Positions 1 to 13,688 of a DNA stretch of 64,000 nucleotides are shown piece by piece. The notes under the pieces are model-generated. The model was not told where the DNA came from and ran no database searches. It worked only from the letters and a program-made list of their open reading frames with translations. Within the stretch, counting starts at the first letter, position 1; each line of letters begins with the position of its first letter. The translations under genes were made by a program, and so were the position numbers. Location of the stretch: assembly GCF_006345805.1 (NCBI RefSeq), contig NC_043004.1, forward strand, positions 63,612,001 to 63,676,000. The letters run 5' to 3'. The stretch comes from Octopus sinensis. Taxonomy: Eukaryota.

Positions 1-787
1 AAAGATTCTTTTTTCCATTTTTGACCTCCTAAATTATGAAACTTGCAATAATAGTTTAATATTGTCCCACATATTTACTCTGTTACTTTAGGATTATTTC
101 TTTGCATTTCCCAGAATAAATGACCACTTGGTACAATCCATAGAGCCTCGGTTATAATCCCTGACAGTATTTTATCCGACTCTTTGTGCTTTAAGTGTAA
201 ATCCCACTGGTATCAACTTCGCCTTTTATTCTTTTCAGTATCGATAAACACGTACCAGTCTAGAGCAGTAGATTATTGTAGCTGTAGGTACATTGTGCTG
301 GATACTTGGCGTTATTTGTTCCAGCCCATCGTATCCTGAGTTCAAACCCCTCCCTGATCTAAACTACATGTATCTACCGTGTTTAACATCAGAAGCTGGC
401 ATCTTGGATGAGATTTGTTGTCGGAATTTCTGTCTGAATAACTTTCGTTATTTTTCACTGGAAGCCTTGCAAAGTTCAACAATACTTATTTTCTCCTGAG
501 ACAATGGTTTAAATAATGTTGAACAAATATACGAAAAATATAGTGAAATTATGAAATGCAATGATGATTAATCATTTAAAGTAACTTTCTTATTTTTATG
601 AATTATAATACATTAAAACATTTTATTTCATTTTAAAATTACGTTTGTACCAAATTATGTTTGTTAGCTATGGGGTCTAGTTTCAGTCTGGTAGTAACTT
701 CCAAAATGAAACAATAATTCTTGAAAATGAATATTCGGAGTTTATTAAATACTTTAAATGTAATATATGATATTTTGTATCTTTTAG

Positions 788-873
788 GTTTCTCTCACCC
801 ACAAGTTTCTATCGAACATAGTTACAATGAGTAAAGTGAGTAATCAGCTTGGGAGAAGACTAAAGAACAACAA
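788..873 (+). CDS. M13 peptidase copy 1, exon [28 protein letters not shown](K), phase 0-2
   Basis: tatcttttag acceptor, AA|gtaaga donor, open 86 nt; aligns with the copy-2 exon 39874-39965 (FLxN, KN) and splices in frame to 7499. Confidence 0.75.
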
Positions 874-931
874 GTAAGATTTTTTTAAAACTTTTATCGT
901 TAACATCATAATACACACAAACACACACATA

Positions 932-1226
<295 letters not shown>

Positions 1227-1605
1227 TAGTCAATTCGAGGATGACAGGTTCTCATTAGGGATTAAATCGAAACATTACAGTGGTTAATCACTATCACAAA
1301 GAGATAGTCTCGACAATATGTTAGGGATTATTATAGTAATACATATTGTTAATAAGGAAACAAAATAATGGAGAATTATGGATGTATAATTAATTACTTG
1401 TATGATATTATGAAGATGAAATTGTTTTTATAAAAAAATACAAATTTATTATAAATTAAAAAGTAATTTCAGATGCCAAATCTACATATATGTTTCGATT
1501 CATACCCCTAGGTAATTTGTGATTGGAAGCATTTACGTAGGGTCAAATATTAAGAATTGTCATTAGGGCTTTATGAGCTTATGCGACAAAGGGTATCATA
1601 TTTCT

Positions 1606-1837
1606 AGGCGGCGAGCTGGCAGAATCGTTAGCATGCCGGGCGAAATGCTTAGCGGTATTTCGTCTGCCGCTACGTTCTGAGTTCAAATTCCGTCAAGGTT
1701 GACTTTGCCTTTCATCCTTTCGGGGTCGATTAAATAAGTACCAGTTACGCACTGGGGTCAATATAGTCGACGTAATCCGTTTGACTGTCTTTGTTTGTCC
1801 TCTCTGTGTTTAGCCCCTTGTGGGTAATAAAGAAATA
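1606..1837 (+). mobile_element. tRNA-headed SINE, family A, with 14-bp TSD
   Basis: ggcggcgagctggcagaatcgttagc...gagttcaaattcc head; GGTATCATATTTCT duplicated at 1592-1605 and 1838-1851. Confidence 0.9.
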
Positions 1838-2704
1838 GGTATCATATTTCTTGAAGGGATTCAGACGAATTACTAATAAGTTTAAGAAGTTAGATCATAT
1901 ATATTGTGTGTATATATTTAGCTATAAATTATTGCTGTAACTAAATATAAAATAAGATAACATAATAATAAAAAGTAAAGTTAGAAGATAAAAGTTAAAG
2001 AGTAAATAAAAATATAAATTTATGTAAAATTTATAATATATAAATTTAAATAAAAAGAAAACAGTATGCAAGGGAAATAATTAAGGATAAGCCAGATAGT
2101 TAAAACTAGTCGAACGTTATAAATGAAATATTTTCATTGGTTTGGTAATAGATACAGGTCGGAAAATCTATGGCCTTGTCATATGTAAAATCAAGTATAG
2201 ACAAAAGATTAAAGTATCCGACCGTTAAGATGTGTATCTCGAAAGCCTTCCTTGTAAACTCATAGTCATCAATATATTAAATGTCATATACGTATACATA
2301 TCTATGTATTTACACATTCATGTGTATATTGATATATATATATACGCATACGTATGTATGCATATACACACATGCGTATATATAGGCTCACTCTCAAACA
2401 CATATACTCACTAAATTTATATTCATTTATTTATTTTCAGAAAGGCGTTATAGGAAGTTTAATATCTAGCATTGATCATTTAAGAGGTCAAATAAAACGA
2501 AAAGTTGAATGAGGGTGGAAAGAGAAAAAGAATAAAATATAATATAGTGAAATAAAATGTAGTAGAATATAGGGAGCATATGTTGAATATTTGATATAAT
2601 GTAGCATAATATGTTTTTTAATTGATAATTATTAACTAAACTGGGGATCTCTTCATTATATGTAGGAATAGCGTATAACGTTATGTGAGAAAACGCAGTA
2701 TTTA

Positions 2705-4276
2705 AAGTGCATACCACATTATTAGCCAAACCAACCTTCTCTCAATAAATAAATGTATATTCGAGTATATACCAGTTGTTTTCCCACTGACTGCTGGCAC
2801 CACCTATCTGCGGGCATTCTGTTAAAATAAATCGGATCTGTGCAGACGCCAACAATTGGCGGCCATTTTTGAGATTGGGCAACATTTTCACCGATACAAA
2901 TTATTAGGCAAGTATAATAAAAATGGTAATTGTGTCAGTAAAGGTTTAACAAAACAATTATTCATAAAGAACTTAATGGTAAGCATAATAATACGTTCGA
3001 ATGAAAATAATTTTGGACTTATAATGTCATGTAACTCCTAGTGTTTAATGTATGGTCCTCCATATGCAATAACCTTCCTTACACGCTGACTCATTGAATT
3101 TGTGAAGGTGATGATATCCTCTTATGTCCTGTTATGAGCAGCATCTACAATAGCACCCCAGAGGGAAACTTTACTTGAAATATGCCGTCCACCTTGATAA
3201 ATGCGGCTCTTCAGGACACTCCACTGTTTCCCAATCGGTTTTAGGTTAGGGGGAAAATGTGGCCACTCCATCAAACGACCTCCAGAGAAGCCTATTTGCT
3301 GCAGGTATTCCTTGGAATTCTTCACAGCATGAGACGGGGCATTATCCTGCATGACGACCAGCTCTCTCTTGAATCAAAGTTTTTGCTATTTGAACCACGG
3401 TTTGAGATTTTCCTTTAAGAAGGTAACATATGTTGTTTGATGTCATCTTAATGCTATCTTGGACTTTCCATGGCCTGACCATCATACCACCAATGACGCC
3501 TGCCCAAAACATGACCTCACCTTATCCCTGTTGGTGTCTCAAACGATGAGGACGGTTACCGCTGATTGATACCCAAACTTTACTTCAACCATCTGATCTG
3601 TCAAGGGTAGCATAGCATTCGTCAGTGAACATAACTGTTGATAAATCTATTTTCTTGTACTCTTCTGTCCATTTCACTCTCTTCTGCTTATGAACAGCCT
3701 TCAAAGGTGGGTGTTTGTAACAGGTTTAACATTCCTGGCTACCCACTTCAAGAGGCAATACCTAGCAGTTTTCGATACGTCTTCCCTACCACAACGTTTG
3801 AAGACTTCTCTACTTGTCAGACACGGTTTCCACATAACTTATCTTTTCACACTTGAGAAAGTACGATTCGAAACACCCTTCGACTCATTCGTATTTGCCC
3901 TCGACCAGACAGAAATAGGAAATATAAATTTCGTCACGCTTCGGTGATCTCTTGCCAGCATTTTGATATTTCTATAGTTGTTTTTCATTTTCCAAGCTCT
4001 GACACGATGGTAGACTTCTCATGCTAGATAAGATCCATTTTCTGATCTATAATGACACTTAATTCGGCACCTGCTTAATAATTGGGGACACCAGAAATGT
4101 TGCTGCTACACGATAATGGCTGCCGTTTGTTTCCATCTGTGCAGATCCAATTTCTTTTCACGGAATTTATGCAGATAGGAGTTGCCAACATTCAGTGGGA
4201 AGACAACTGGTTTTGAAGGAATATACATTTATTTATTGAGAGAAGGTTGATTTGCCTAATAATGTGGCACGCAGTG
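2705..4276 (-). mobile_element. Tc1-like DNA transposon, full length, decayed transposase
   Basis: About 160-bp imperfect TIRs flanked by TA; minus-strand motifs MFTDE, VMFWAG, QDNAPSH, WPHFPPNLKPI with stops and frameshifts. Confidence 0.93.
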
Positions 4277-4499
4277 TATATTAATGATCGATTTTTTGAT
4301 AAGGTGGACTAGAACTGTTTAGTAGTTTAACCGAGTATTATTTAAATATAATTTAACATATATGAATTATGTATGTTTATATTGTTATTATCAATATCAA
4401 GATATGCGTTACTCTTAAGGTCTATCTCTGTCATTTCTACTAACTTTGTCGTTTCCTATTTGTATGTTGGTTCTTTTTATTCAGTATATACTTATCATA

Positions 4500-5515
4500 C
4501 ATTACCTGTTTTATCCGTATTTATATTTTCTGTATTAATCACAGCTTTACTCTAAAGTTTTTTTTTCGTTTTTTTTTGTTATATTTACCTTCTTGTACAT
4601 ATTTAGGTTTGTTATTAATCGATTGTGAACCATGCTTAATATATTTAATTTTCTGTTTATACCCTGCTTTTGCCAATCCGACATTGCTTAATTCCTTGTT
4701 TTCGTTAAACATATCCTCGTTAAATGAGAAGTAATTCATTTTTTCTATGTCATTAACTAAACAATTAGTAATACGCTTTGAATGACTACTTTTAAATTAA
4801 TGTTAGTGATTTTGGAGTAATGCTTATGGTATAGCGCATATTTTCCAGTATTAAGGTTAGATTTCAAGTCTAAAAAAATAACTGAGTTATGGTCTGGTTC
4901 CATTGAAATATTTCGTCCAAAACGGTTAAGGAACTAGTGGGATTTTTTTTATAATTCTAGCTTTCTATTTAAAGTATTTTTGATGATAAACAGTCCATTA
5001 TCCCTGTATAAACCACCCGTTATTTCCGGTGATTCGCTATTGAATTTATGTAGAATGTATATACCAACGAAATCTGTAGCATGGGCGGAATCAGATACTC
5101 CCATACATTTATCGAAGCAGTCGGGTGTGTCTGTTTTGGCCCTTAGTTTATTATCAAAATTAATTATTGATTTTCTAGCTGTTATTATGACTTGAAATAT
5201 TTTCCTTGACAATTTAGTATTATTTTAGCAAATATAAGGGCAATATTTACCACTGTTGAACTAATTGATGAGTAATAGTCATTAATAGCTACCTGTAAGA
5301 ATTTGTATCTATTTTTTATTTTTTATGTTGAATTTCTTTGAATACGAGGATAATTTTGTAACAGACCTTAAAGTTATATTAATCTGCCCTGCTAAATCGG
5401 ACATAGGTAAACTCAGTAAATGTTTTATGGACAAATATATTGTAGAACTTCCGGATAAAATTAAATTGAAACTATGGTCAAATATACGAGAAGCAATAGA
5501 TTGGTTGATTACAAT
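4500..5515 (-). mobile_element. Penelope-like retroelement fragment with inverted 5' segment
   Basis: Minus strand: KFLQVAINDYYSSIS, CMGVSDSAHATDFVGIYIL, GLYRDNGL, FNEDMF..AGYKQKIKY. Plus strand 5329-5515: LICPAKSDIGKLSK...WSNIREAIDW, the natively upstream RT segment. Confidence 0.8.
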
Positions 5516-6012
5516 AGGTGAGGGGAGTGCCATAGTCATGTACTGAGAAGGATTCTTTATGATTTAAATAGATATAACAAAAGGAATTATTAGGCATTAT
5601 TCATACTTTCTGTTTTGTAAGAAAATAAGAAATAACTTTGATACATGAAAATAAAATTGCGTTGCACAGTGTTATATAACGATAACTTCCTGTACGTTAA
5701 GCACACGACAACCAAGTAACAAAATTGTCTGGGATTACTTTCGAAACGTAATATTAGGTTTAGCATGTGAGGCAAATATAGTCAATGGATATCTAAATTA
5801 TTAAACACTTCTCGCACTGTACTATGATTGTCTGTTGTAGTTATTTTATATGTATATTTATGCAAGCTATGTAGAGTATGTTGCTACTGGAAGTGGAGAT
5901 GCTTATCATCTTGTCAAAATTATTCCATATCTTGTAACGGGATGAAGTGAATTTCATACTGATTTATAAATGTATTGATCTACTCATATTTTTTTCAGTG
6001 TTCTATACTAGT

Positions 6013-6070
6013 CATACTAACCATACTAGCCATACTAGCCATACTAGCCATACTAGCCATACAAGCCATT
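6013..6070. repeat. 9-bp tandem repeat (CATACTAGC)~6
   Basis: Directly visible. Confidence 0.9.
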
Positions 6071-6329
6071 GTATGCTGGATGCTAATGAAATAATTACCA
6101 CGGTCTATGTGATCTCTATAAAAATGTGTGTGCGTGCGCGCGTGCATACATGCGTGTGAATATGTGTATGTATGTATGTATGTATATATGTATATACGTA
6201 TGTATGTATGGAAAGAAACGAATATTTATTTTGTCTTCAATGAAGTATTTAATCAGAGTAACGTCTCCACTCATTGATAACATACTTCCATCTACTTGGC
6301 AACTTGTTGATCATTCAGATCTATATTTT

Positions 6330-7470
6330 CTCAGGATTCGAAACAAAGAAACACTGAATATTGTTTTAAACATCTTCAGAATTAATAAACATTTCCCGTC
6401 TCAATAATGCTGCAACTATCTAAAAACGAAGTGGTACGATGAAGCAATATCAGCACAGCAAGTTGGATGAGATATAACATTTAGTCCCTCTTTCTGAGTG
6501 ACTTGCGTAGTATGCGGTCGTACATTATCGTGTAAGAGAACACCTTTTTACTAGTGACCAATAACAGGTATTAGTTCTGAAAGTAATGTGTCCGTCTTGC
6601 AATTGACAACAATATTTCTCCGGATTAACTGATTCATTATGACTTAACATTTCATGATAGACCACACCCCTCATATACCACCAAACACAGAGCATAACGT
6701 TTTGAGGCGTGCCTTCCTCGTTTGGTGATAGATTCTTCTTTTCATTGCATACTAACCATTATTGTTTTCATTGGGTATGATTGAAGAAAACCCACTATTC
6801 ATCACCTGTGATGATTCTGCACATGAAATACCTGGAAGTAAATCCACTCTTCAATGATACGCTGAGTACAACACTTTCACTAAGCTGAGGAGATGTTCAA
6901 TAATGAGGGACAAGGCGACGAAGTTTATACATGTTTCCACGTTCATGGAAGTGTTTTACGATATGCGCAGGAAATACCTGGAAGTAAATCCACTCTTCAA
7001 TGATACGCTGAGTACAACACTTTCACTAAGCTGAGGAGATGTCAATAATGAGGGACAGGGCGACGAAGTTTATACATGTTTCCACGTTCATGGAAGTGTT
7101 TTACGATATGCGCAGGATTTTAATTGAAGTGTTTGATAATCCTCTTTCAGTTTGCTTTGGAAGTTACTCAAGTACACTCTTCAGAAGTTCACCATGGAGT
7201 ACACCTGTTCGGCCAAATTGAAAGAAATCTGCAACAGAAAATTTTCACCACGAAACTGGCTACAACATCGTTGCTATGCTTGGACATTTAAAGATTCAGT
7301 TCCATAAACACAGTGAATATTTTTCTTGCTGCCTCCGTCCCTGAAAAAACCTCTTTTCAAATCATGCAGCTTGGATTTACCTAAACATATTTGCTTACTC
7401 CTTAGCATGTACTAAATTTTATTTCTCTTAATATTATTTCCGTAAATTCGTTTTTTTCGCCTTCAAATAA
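6330..7470 (-). mobile_element. Mariner transposon relic
   Basis: Minus-strand RIITGDE*W, VMLCVWWY, LLHDNVRPH, HPTCCADIASS; N-terminal KNIHCVYG. Ends approximate. Confidence 0.85.
6825..7116. repeat. Near-identical tandem duplication, 146-bp unit, inside the mariner relic
   Basis: gaaatacctggaagtaaatcc... at 6825 and 6971; only about 2 differences. Confidence 0.93.
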
Positions 7471-7498
7471 TTATTTCTATTCTATTCTATATTTTAAG

Positions 7499-7557
7499 GA
7501 CCATTGTAAACCAAAATGACGTGAACGCTGTTTATAATGCATTATCTAATTCAATAA
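7499..7557 (+). CDS. M13 peptidase copy 1, exon TIVNQNDVNAVYNALSNSI (NAFY-like motif), phase 2-1
   Basis: attttaag acceptor, gtaagt donor, 59 nt; same length and phases as copy-2 exon 45817-45875; VNAVY matches neprilysin VNAFY. Confidence 0.9.
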
Positions 7558-8289
7558 GTAAGTCAACAATTATTTCTTTGAAAATAATTGAAAAAATAGT
7601 AATACTCTAAGATTGCTATTGATGTCTTAGTTGTTTCGTGTTGGAGAGTAAATCTTCACAGAACTAACGATTTCTTGTATAGTGTCAAGTTTATAAGACT
7701 TTAGGAAATAACTAAATATTCAAAGAATACTATCTGGACAGTAGGTTCCTTATACATTAAATCTATAAGCTGTGCCTATACACTCCATGACTGGTATCGA
7801 CAGGAAATCAGAAAAATACCGTGTGCACCCAACACTCGGAGAATGACATGGTAGCATGTTGCACGTTTTTACGTTTTTCTTAATTGTTTAAATGCTCCAA
7901 TAGTCCCAAAGAGATACTAACACGCTGTCAGCCCTCCTGAAAGTGACCTAGCATAGCATCCACAATATGGCGGTTGCTAAAAGATAGATTACTAAACCAT
8001 CACATGGCTTATGTTTTCTTTTTTCGATCAAAAAATGAAGAAAAGCAAAATTAATCTCATCTACAGTTAAACACACATTTCAAAGACAACTGATATTAGA
8101 GAACCAGAAAAATATCCCAATGCAGGTTATCGGACAGTCTCTCGCATTCAAGACAAGCTAAAATCCCTAACTGTATTTTCTATAAATTTACTGTAAAATT
8201 TGTGTTTCTCTCTAAAAGTCATTTCAAGTTAGAATACGTATTAAAGAAGAAAAGTATAAAAGGTTTGATTTGAAGAAGAATTATATGGT

Positions 8290-8870
8290 AAAATATAGCA
8301 GATGCTGACCATGTAACTTTGAACGACGATTTTGTCTATCTAGTCACTAAAATAGCAACGGATAGAAACTGCATTCATGAAATAAATACAAGATTCAGCA
8401 AAGTTAACCAATCATTCGCTGTGTTAAATTCAATATGAAAATTATCAATACTCAGCAAGAGCACCAAAATACTATTTTACAAAAGTAACATACTTAGTAT
8501 CCTCCTCCATGGATCCACATTTTGTGAAAACCACCATAAGTATTGAAAAGAAATTGGAGGTGTTTCCAAATAAATGTTTAGGAAATATTTTGAAGGTCTA
8601 CTGGCCAAATATGATCTAGATTAGACAACTATACACCAATAAGAGAAGCTATTGAAGAAAGAATCGCTTTGCAATGGATTCCACAAGGTAAAAGAAGACG
8701 AGGACGACCGAAGGAAACGTGGCGGAAAACAATACCAAAAGTTTTTAAAAGCATAGGGTTAAAAATGGAACAAGCTGTCAACATTGCTTTCAATATGAGA
8801 AGGTGGAATGAACTTGTGTTGCGTCAAGTACTACAAGTCACAATGATAACCGAATGAATCAATGAACTAT
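8290..8870 (+). mobile_element. RTE-clade LINE 3' fragment
   Basis: EINTRFSK...KILFYKSNILSILLHGS, KLEVF.NKCL, LQWIPQGKRRRGRPKETW. Confidence 0.85.
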
Positions 8871-8932
8871 AATACTATAAATATTTATCTTTTCTTTACG
8901 ATATAAATTTCTAAAAATTTATGTTTCTGCAG

Positions 8933-8984
8933 CTATCCCCGTTGCACTGATGAAGCCTCCACTATTTATCAAAGGCGCGCCTAT
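8933..8984 (+). CDS. M13 peptidase copy 1, exon (T)IPVALMKPPLFIKGAP(M), phase 1-2
   Basis: ttctgcag/gtgagt sites, 52 nt; clear nucleotide paralogue of 47453-47504; matches M13 FPAGILQPPFF. Confidence 0.92.
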
Positions 8985-8993
8985 GTGAGTATT

Positions 8994-8994
<1 letters not shown>

Positions 8995-9053
<59 letters not shown>

Positions 9054-9055
9054 AT
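8995..9055. repeat. (GTT)n microsatellite immediately after the 8933-8984 exon donor
   Basis: Direct reading. Confidence 0.95.
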
Positions 9056-9057
9056 CA

Positions 9058-9215
9058 AGTCGGTGAGGTAGCAAAATCGTCAGCACACCGGAAAATTTTT
9101 TCAGATCAAACTCTACCGAGGTTGATTTTGCTTCTCATTATTCGACCTCGATAAAATCAATACCAGTCAATCAATGGGCTCCATGTAATCGATTGTCACC
9201 CTTCCTCAATTCTTC
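9058..9215 (+). mobile_element. Degenerate family A SINE
   Basis: gtcggtgaggtagcaaaatcgtcagc...ccgaggttgattttgc...gataaaatcaataccagt resembles 1606-1837. Confidence 0.65.
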
Positions 9216-11002
9216 TAGCCTTGTACCTATAGCAGAAAGGATTCTTTTTATTGTTGTCGTTGTTGACATTGTTACAGCAAGCAGAGTCAGTGTAGCATCA
9301 AAGAAAAAGCTTCTGGTATACGTTCCTCTATTTTATGTGCTGACATCAAAACTAGTCGAGGCCAACACATTTATCCCTCTGGTGTCAGTAAAACAAAGTA
9401 TGAGTAAAGTACTTCTACGGTTTATACAAAGGACACTTATATATTTGGACAAATGTAAACGTGCTGATAATACAAAAGTGTACATATCTGAGTATTCCAT
9501 ATACATGAGTATCATTCATGTACTATTCAGTCGAAGTTTGACACAGTTTGTAATATGGATGATGGACCTTTGACTAACCGGTAGAATTCAGGGAAAGAAA
9601 TAGTCAATCACATTATAAACATTTCATATAACGAACCCAAAAGAATTAAATGCTAAATTTGACATCGGAGTGATTGGAATGCAGATTGTCAGAAAAAAAT
9701 TGTCCGACCCTTTAATGTCTTTGCTAATTCACCGCCATACTTCGTACTGCAATGTCGTTTACAAGTGGCTACGTCTTATCTAATATAGATATGGGAGGAC
9801 AATTGTCACTAGTTTCCTATATACACGACCCAAACACTATCCTGTCTCAGAGTCTTGATATATTGTGATAGTTTGGGTCACTTCGGTATATATGTGTTAA
9901 TATATATATCAACATATGCGTGACTGTATTTTCTATATGCCGTTTAATGTTAAATACTTTACGAATATAGAATTTAGAATTACACGACTTAATATTAGTG
10001 ATCTATTGTGTGGTGTTGATATTGCGTCCGGGAAAGTTTTCCTGAATTAACACAATTTCAGTTTAATTGGTAAAACGGTTCCATTATTTAATTCCCTCCT
10101 CTACCTTGTTCCACTATGCTTAGATACATACATTTTCACATTATATTAATAACAAAATACAAGTATAAATATTCCATTTGTAATCACCCATACTTCTCGA
10201 TACAACAATATCTTACATTCGGCCCAAATAAAACTTCTAATGCTGCATCAATCATCGAGTCTTTGACAAATTACAAAGCCTCAACGGCCGAAACAGAGAC
10301 GGAATCACAAAACACCATTGACAATTGTGAAATTCTCATTGGAGAAAGACATAATGCAGGTAAAATAAATTGTGGAGACCTTTGTTGTGAGATGTGCATA
10401 TGGAACAAGAAACAACCAAAAGCTTCAAGAATGTGAAGAAACTACAGTTGAATAGGAACATGAATTCCAAAACAAAAGAATTTCATCTGCTGCATCTCAT
10501 GCCTATGAATCGAAGGGGGTCAGAATTAATTAAAACCTTGTGAGGGTGCAGAAACAGCAAATTAAAAATCTGTTTCTTAAAAATGCTTCATGTAGTGTGC
10601 ATCTAGTGATTTGCGCAAATGAAAAATTCTAGGAAAATTACCTTTTCTGAAAATAAAAGAATATACGATCAACAACCAAAAGCAAAATTATTCTGAATCC
10701 GAAACTAAATCGGAAGTAGTCAACACATCGCCCAAACCAAATTCTTCTATACATATTACTCCAAAAGGGTTGGATTTAAAAACTAGTTTTGACAGGGCGA
10801 ATAAACAATACGAAAGAATCATTCCAAAATGTTTGCCATTCCGTTTTTCAAATGTTTTTAAATAAATAAAATTTAAGAAAAACCTTTCTTTCAATATTGT
10901 GAATGTATCAAATCTTACTTTTTTTGTGCAAATTTTATATATACGTGAGCGTTTTGTGTGAGTATGTGTTTTCGTGCGTGCGCGTGTGTATGTATAAACG
11001 TG

Positions 11003-11052
<50 letters not shown>

Positions 11053-11097
11053 TTCCCCAGCATGGCCACAGCTCAAGAGCTGAAACTGGAAAACATA

Positions 11098-11328
<231 letters not shown>

Positions 11329-12136
11329 GATATAGTGTATATTTAAACACGCAAGGAATCCACTTATAGAGATTCTACACGCTAGAAAAACAGCTAAGTT
11401 CTATAACCACAAAAATTGCGGATGAAATTCGACAGGAATAAATTTGGTAATGAAAAACATTTACCATCTAGTTTCCAGGACCAATTGGTTTCTAATCTTC
11501 TTTTAACGAGTCATGGAGAACTCACAAGGTTTGAGTTTCTTCAGCAGGTCCAACCTAGAGTTAAACATATCCACACGAGACAAACAAGGCTACTTGTCTC
11601 GTGTTCATACGAACTAACTTTTCAAATTTTACTGCGCAGACGCAGTCCTTCGTTGGCTACAAATAAAGCCCGCCAACTTTTAACCCAAAATTATCCAAAA
11701 ACCTACATTATTTAATCATATCAAAGGGAAATGGAATGTAATTAAAATTAAAAGTATTTAATCAAAATTTACATTTCCAGTGGTCTAACGTGTAAAACAT
11801 TTAGTCACAAAGACTATATATTAGTCATACAATATAGTGTATATTTAAACACATAGAGAATCCACTTATAGGGAATCTACAAGTAGCCTTGTTTGTCTCG
11901 TGTGGATAGGTTTAACTCTAGGTTGGACCTGCTGAAGAAAATCAGACCTTGTGAGTTCTCCATGACTCGTAAAAGATGATTAGAAGCCAATTGGTCCAGG
12001 AGACTAGATGGTAAATGTTTCTCATTTCCAAATTTATTTCTGTCGAATTTATCCCCAATTTTTGTGGTTACAGAACTTAGCTGTTCTTTCTAGTGTGTAG
12101 AACGTTTTTAATTTTAATTAAATTCATTTCCCTTTG

Positions 12137-12190
<54 letters not shown>

Positions 12191-12193
12191 TAT

Positions 12194-12286
<93 letters not shown>

Positions 12287-12311
12287 ATGTGAGCGTGTGT
12301 GTGTGTGTGTG

Positions 12312-12895
12312 TAAGGAAAATAAGACAAGGAAGAAAACGCTAAAATAATTTTATCATGAAGTACACTTCAGTACCGGTTCTAATCTTTTCGACTTCAACT
12401 AACGGTAAAATAAGAAAAACGATTAAATTAAAAGAAATGGTTTATAAATATTTCTATAGTCTATAAATAGGACAATGTGTTTATAAATATTTCTATAGTC
12501 TATAAATAGGTACAACATTTTCCGTTTACTGTGTCTCTCTTTTATATATATATATATTATATATATATCTCTCATTTCCTTTGTGAAGGCTCAATAGGTA
12601 GTAGCAGATCTGAAGAAATAGTTTTTTATGGATATAGAGAAATGTACCCATAAAAACTATTTCTTCAAATCTGCTACTACCTACCGAGACTTCACAAAGG
12701 AAAGAGAGAGAGAGAAAAAAAAGGAAAATGTCCTACCTATTTGAAGACTATGGAAATATGTACAAAACATTTCATTTAATTTTTTTCTTCAATTTAATTC
12801 CTTTTCATATTTTACTCTTAGTTCAAAAACCCGAAAAGACTGATACTACACGATAAAATTATTTTAGCATTTTCTACCTTGTCTTATTTTCCTTA
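12312..12895. mobile_element. Foldback element/MITE, about 585 bp, almost wholly palindromic
   Basis: taaggaaaataagacaagg...ccttgtcttattttcctta termini; inner arms gtagtagcagat.tgaagaaatagtttt pair around about 12635. Confidence 0.85.
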
Positions 12896-12957
12896 TCATA
12901 TCAACTCGTATGTTTACCTTTTAATTTTCTACACACACCACACACACACACACACAC

Positions 12958-12992
<35 letters not shown>

Positions 12993-13080
12993 GATAGATA
13001 GATAGATAGATAGATACATACATACATACATACATACATACATACACATACATTACATACATACATACATACATCCTACA

Positions 13081-13125
<45 letters not shown>

Positions 13126-13130
<5 letters not shown>

Positions 13131-13576
13131 AAACTATGAGAGAGAATCCACTATGTGGACGCTCTTTTATTGACTTTAATTATAAATTATGTTCTCAAAC
13201 CAGTAGTAAATTATTTGTGCAGTATTTATATTCGGAAATTTAGCGCGCCAGAACGAGGGCATTTGAATATAACTGTGAATATAATCGGCCGAACGTGTTA
13301 CCTCTCTCCAACCTCGTGTTGATACTTATATTTTTGACGTACTCTACTGATGAATCGAAGATATTTATGTAAGTAAAATTACATAATTTATTAACGAAGA
13401 AACAATTGTATAGAGTTAATCTATATTTTTGTTATTTTTCATTTGTCCTGCTCGCTTACGTTCTTGGTGTGTTAAATTATTCCTTGAGAACAATTTTTTG
13501 GTGGTGGATTCCCTTTGCGGATCTATACCTAGCGTTAGAGCGTCCACATAGTGGATTCTCTCTCATAGTTTTGTAT
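13126..13576. mobile_element. MITE with perfect 40-bp TIRs
   Basis: atacaaaactatgagagagaatccactatgtggacgctct and its exact reverse complement; TA-rich flanks. Confidence 0.9.
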
Positions 13577-13688
13577 TAATATATATTTACTGAATCCCAG
13601 TTTTTTATACGCTAGACCACTTGGTGTTTAGATTGGTGTTATTACATTAATATCCAATTTTTTCACCCTTATTTGACTTTAAATATAT

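Noticed and set aside
836-841. GTGAGT donor inside the 788-873 exon
   Set aside because: Using it gives phase 0 and a stop shortly into the next exon; homology to copy 2 supports the donor at 874.
1473-1511. ag/gt-bounded 39-nt segment
   Set aside because: No M13 similarity and no slot for it in the conserved exon order.
2441-2512. Strong acceptor followed by KGVIGSLISSIDHLRGQIKRKVE*
   Set aside because: Open only in phase 0 while the intron is phase 2; no recognisable homology.
10116-10870. 106-aa ORF and a following ~70-aa open stretch
   Set aside because: No motif, splice support or recognisable family; likely chance or decayed repeat.
11925-11965. CTGAAGA followed by a hairpin in both B copies
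   Set aside because: No GAAA or stem III follows, so not a hammerhead.
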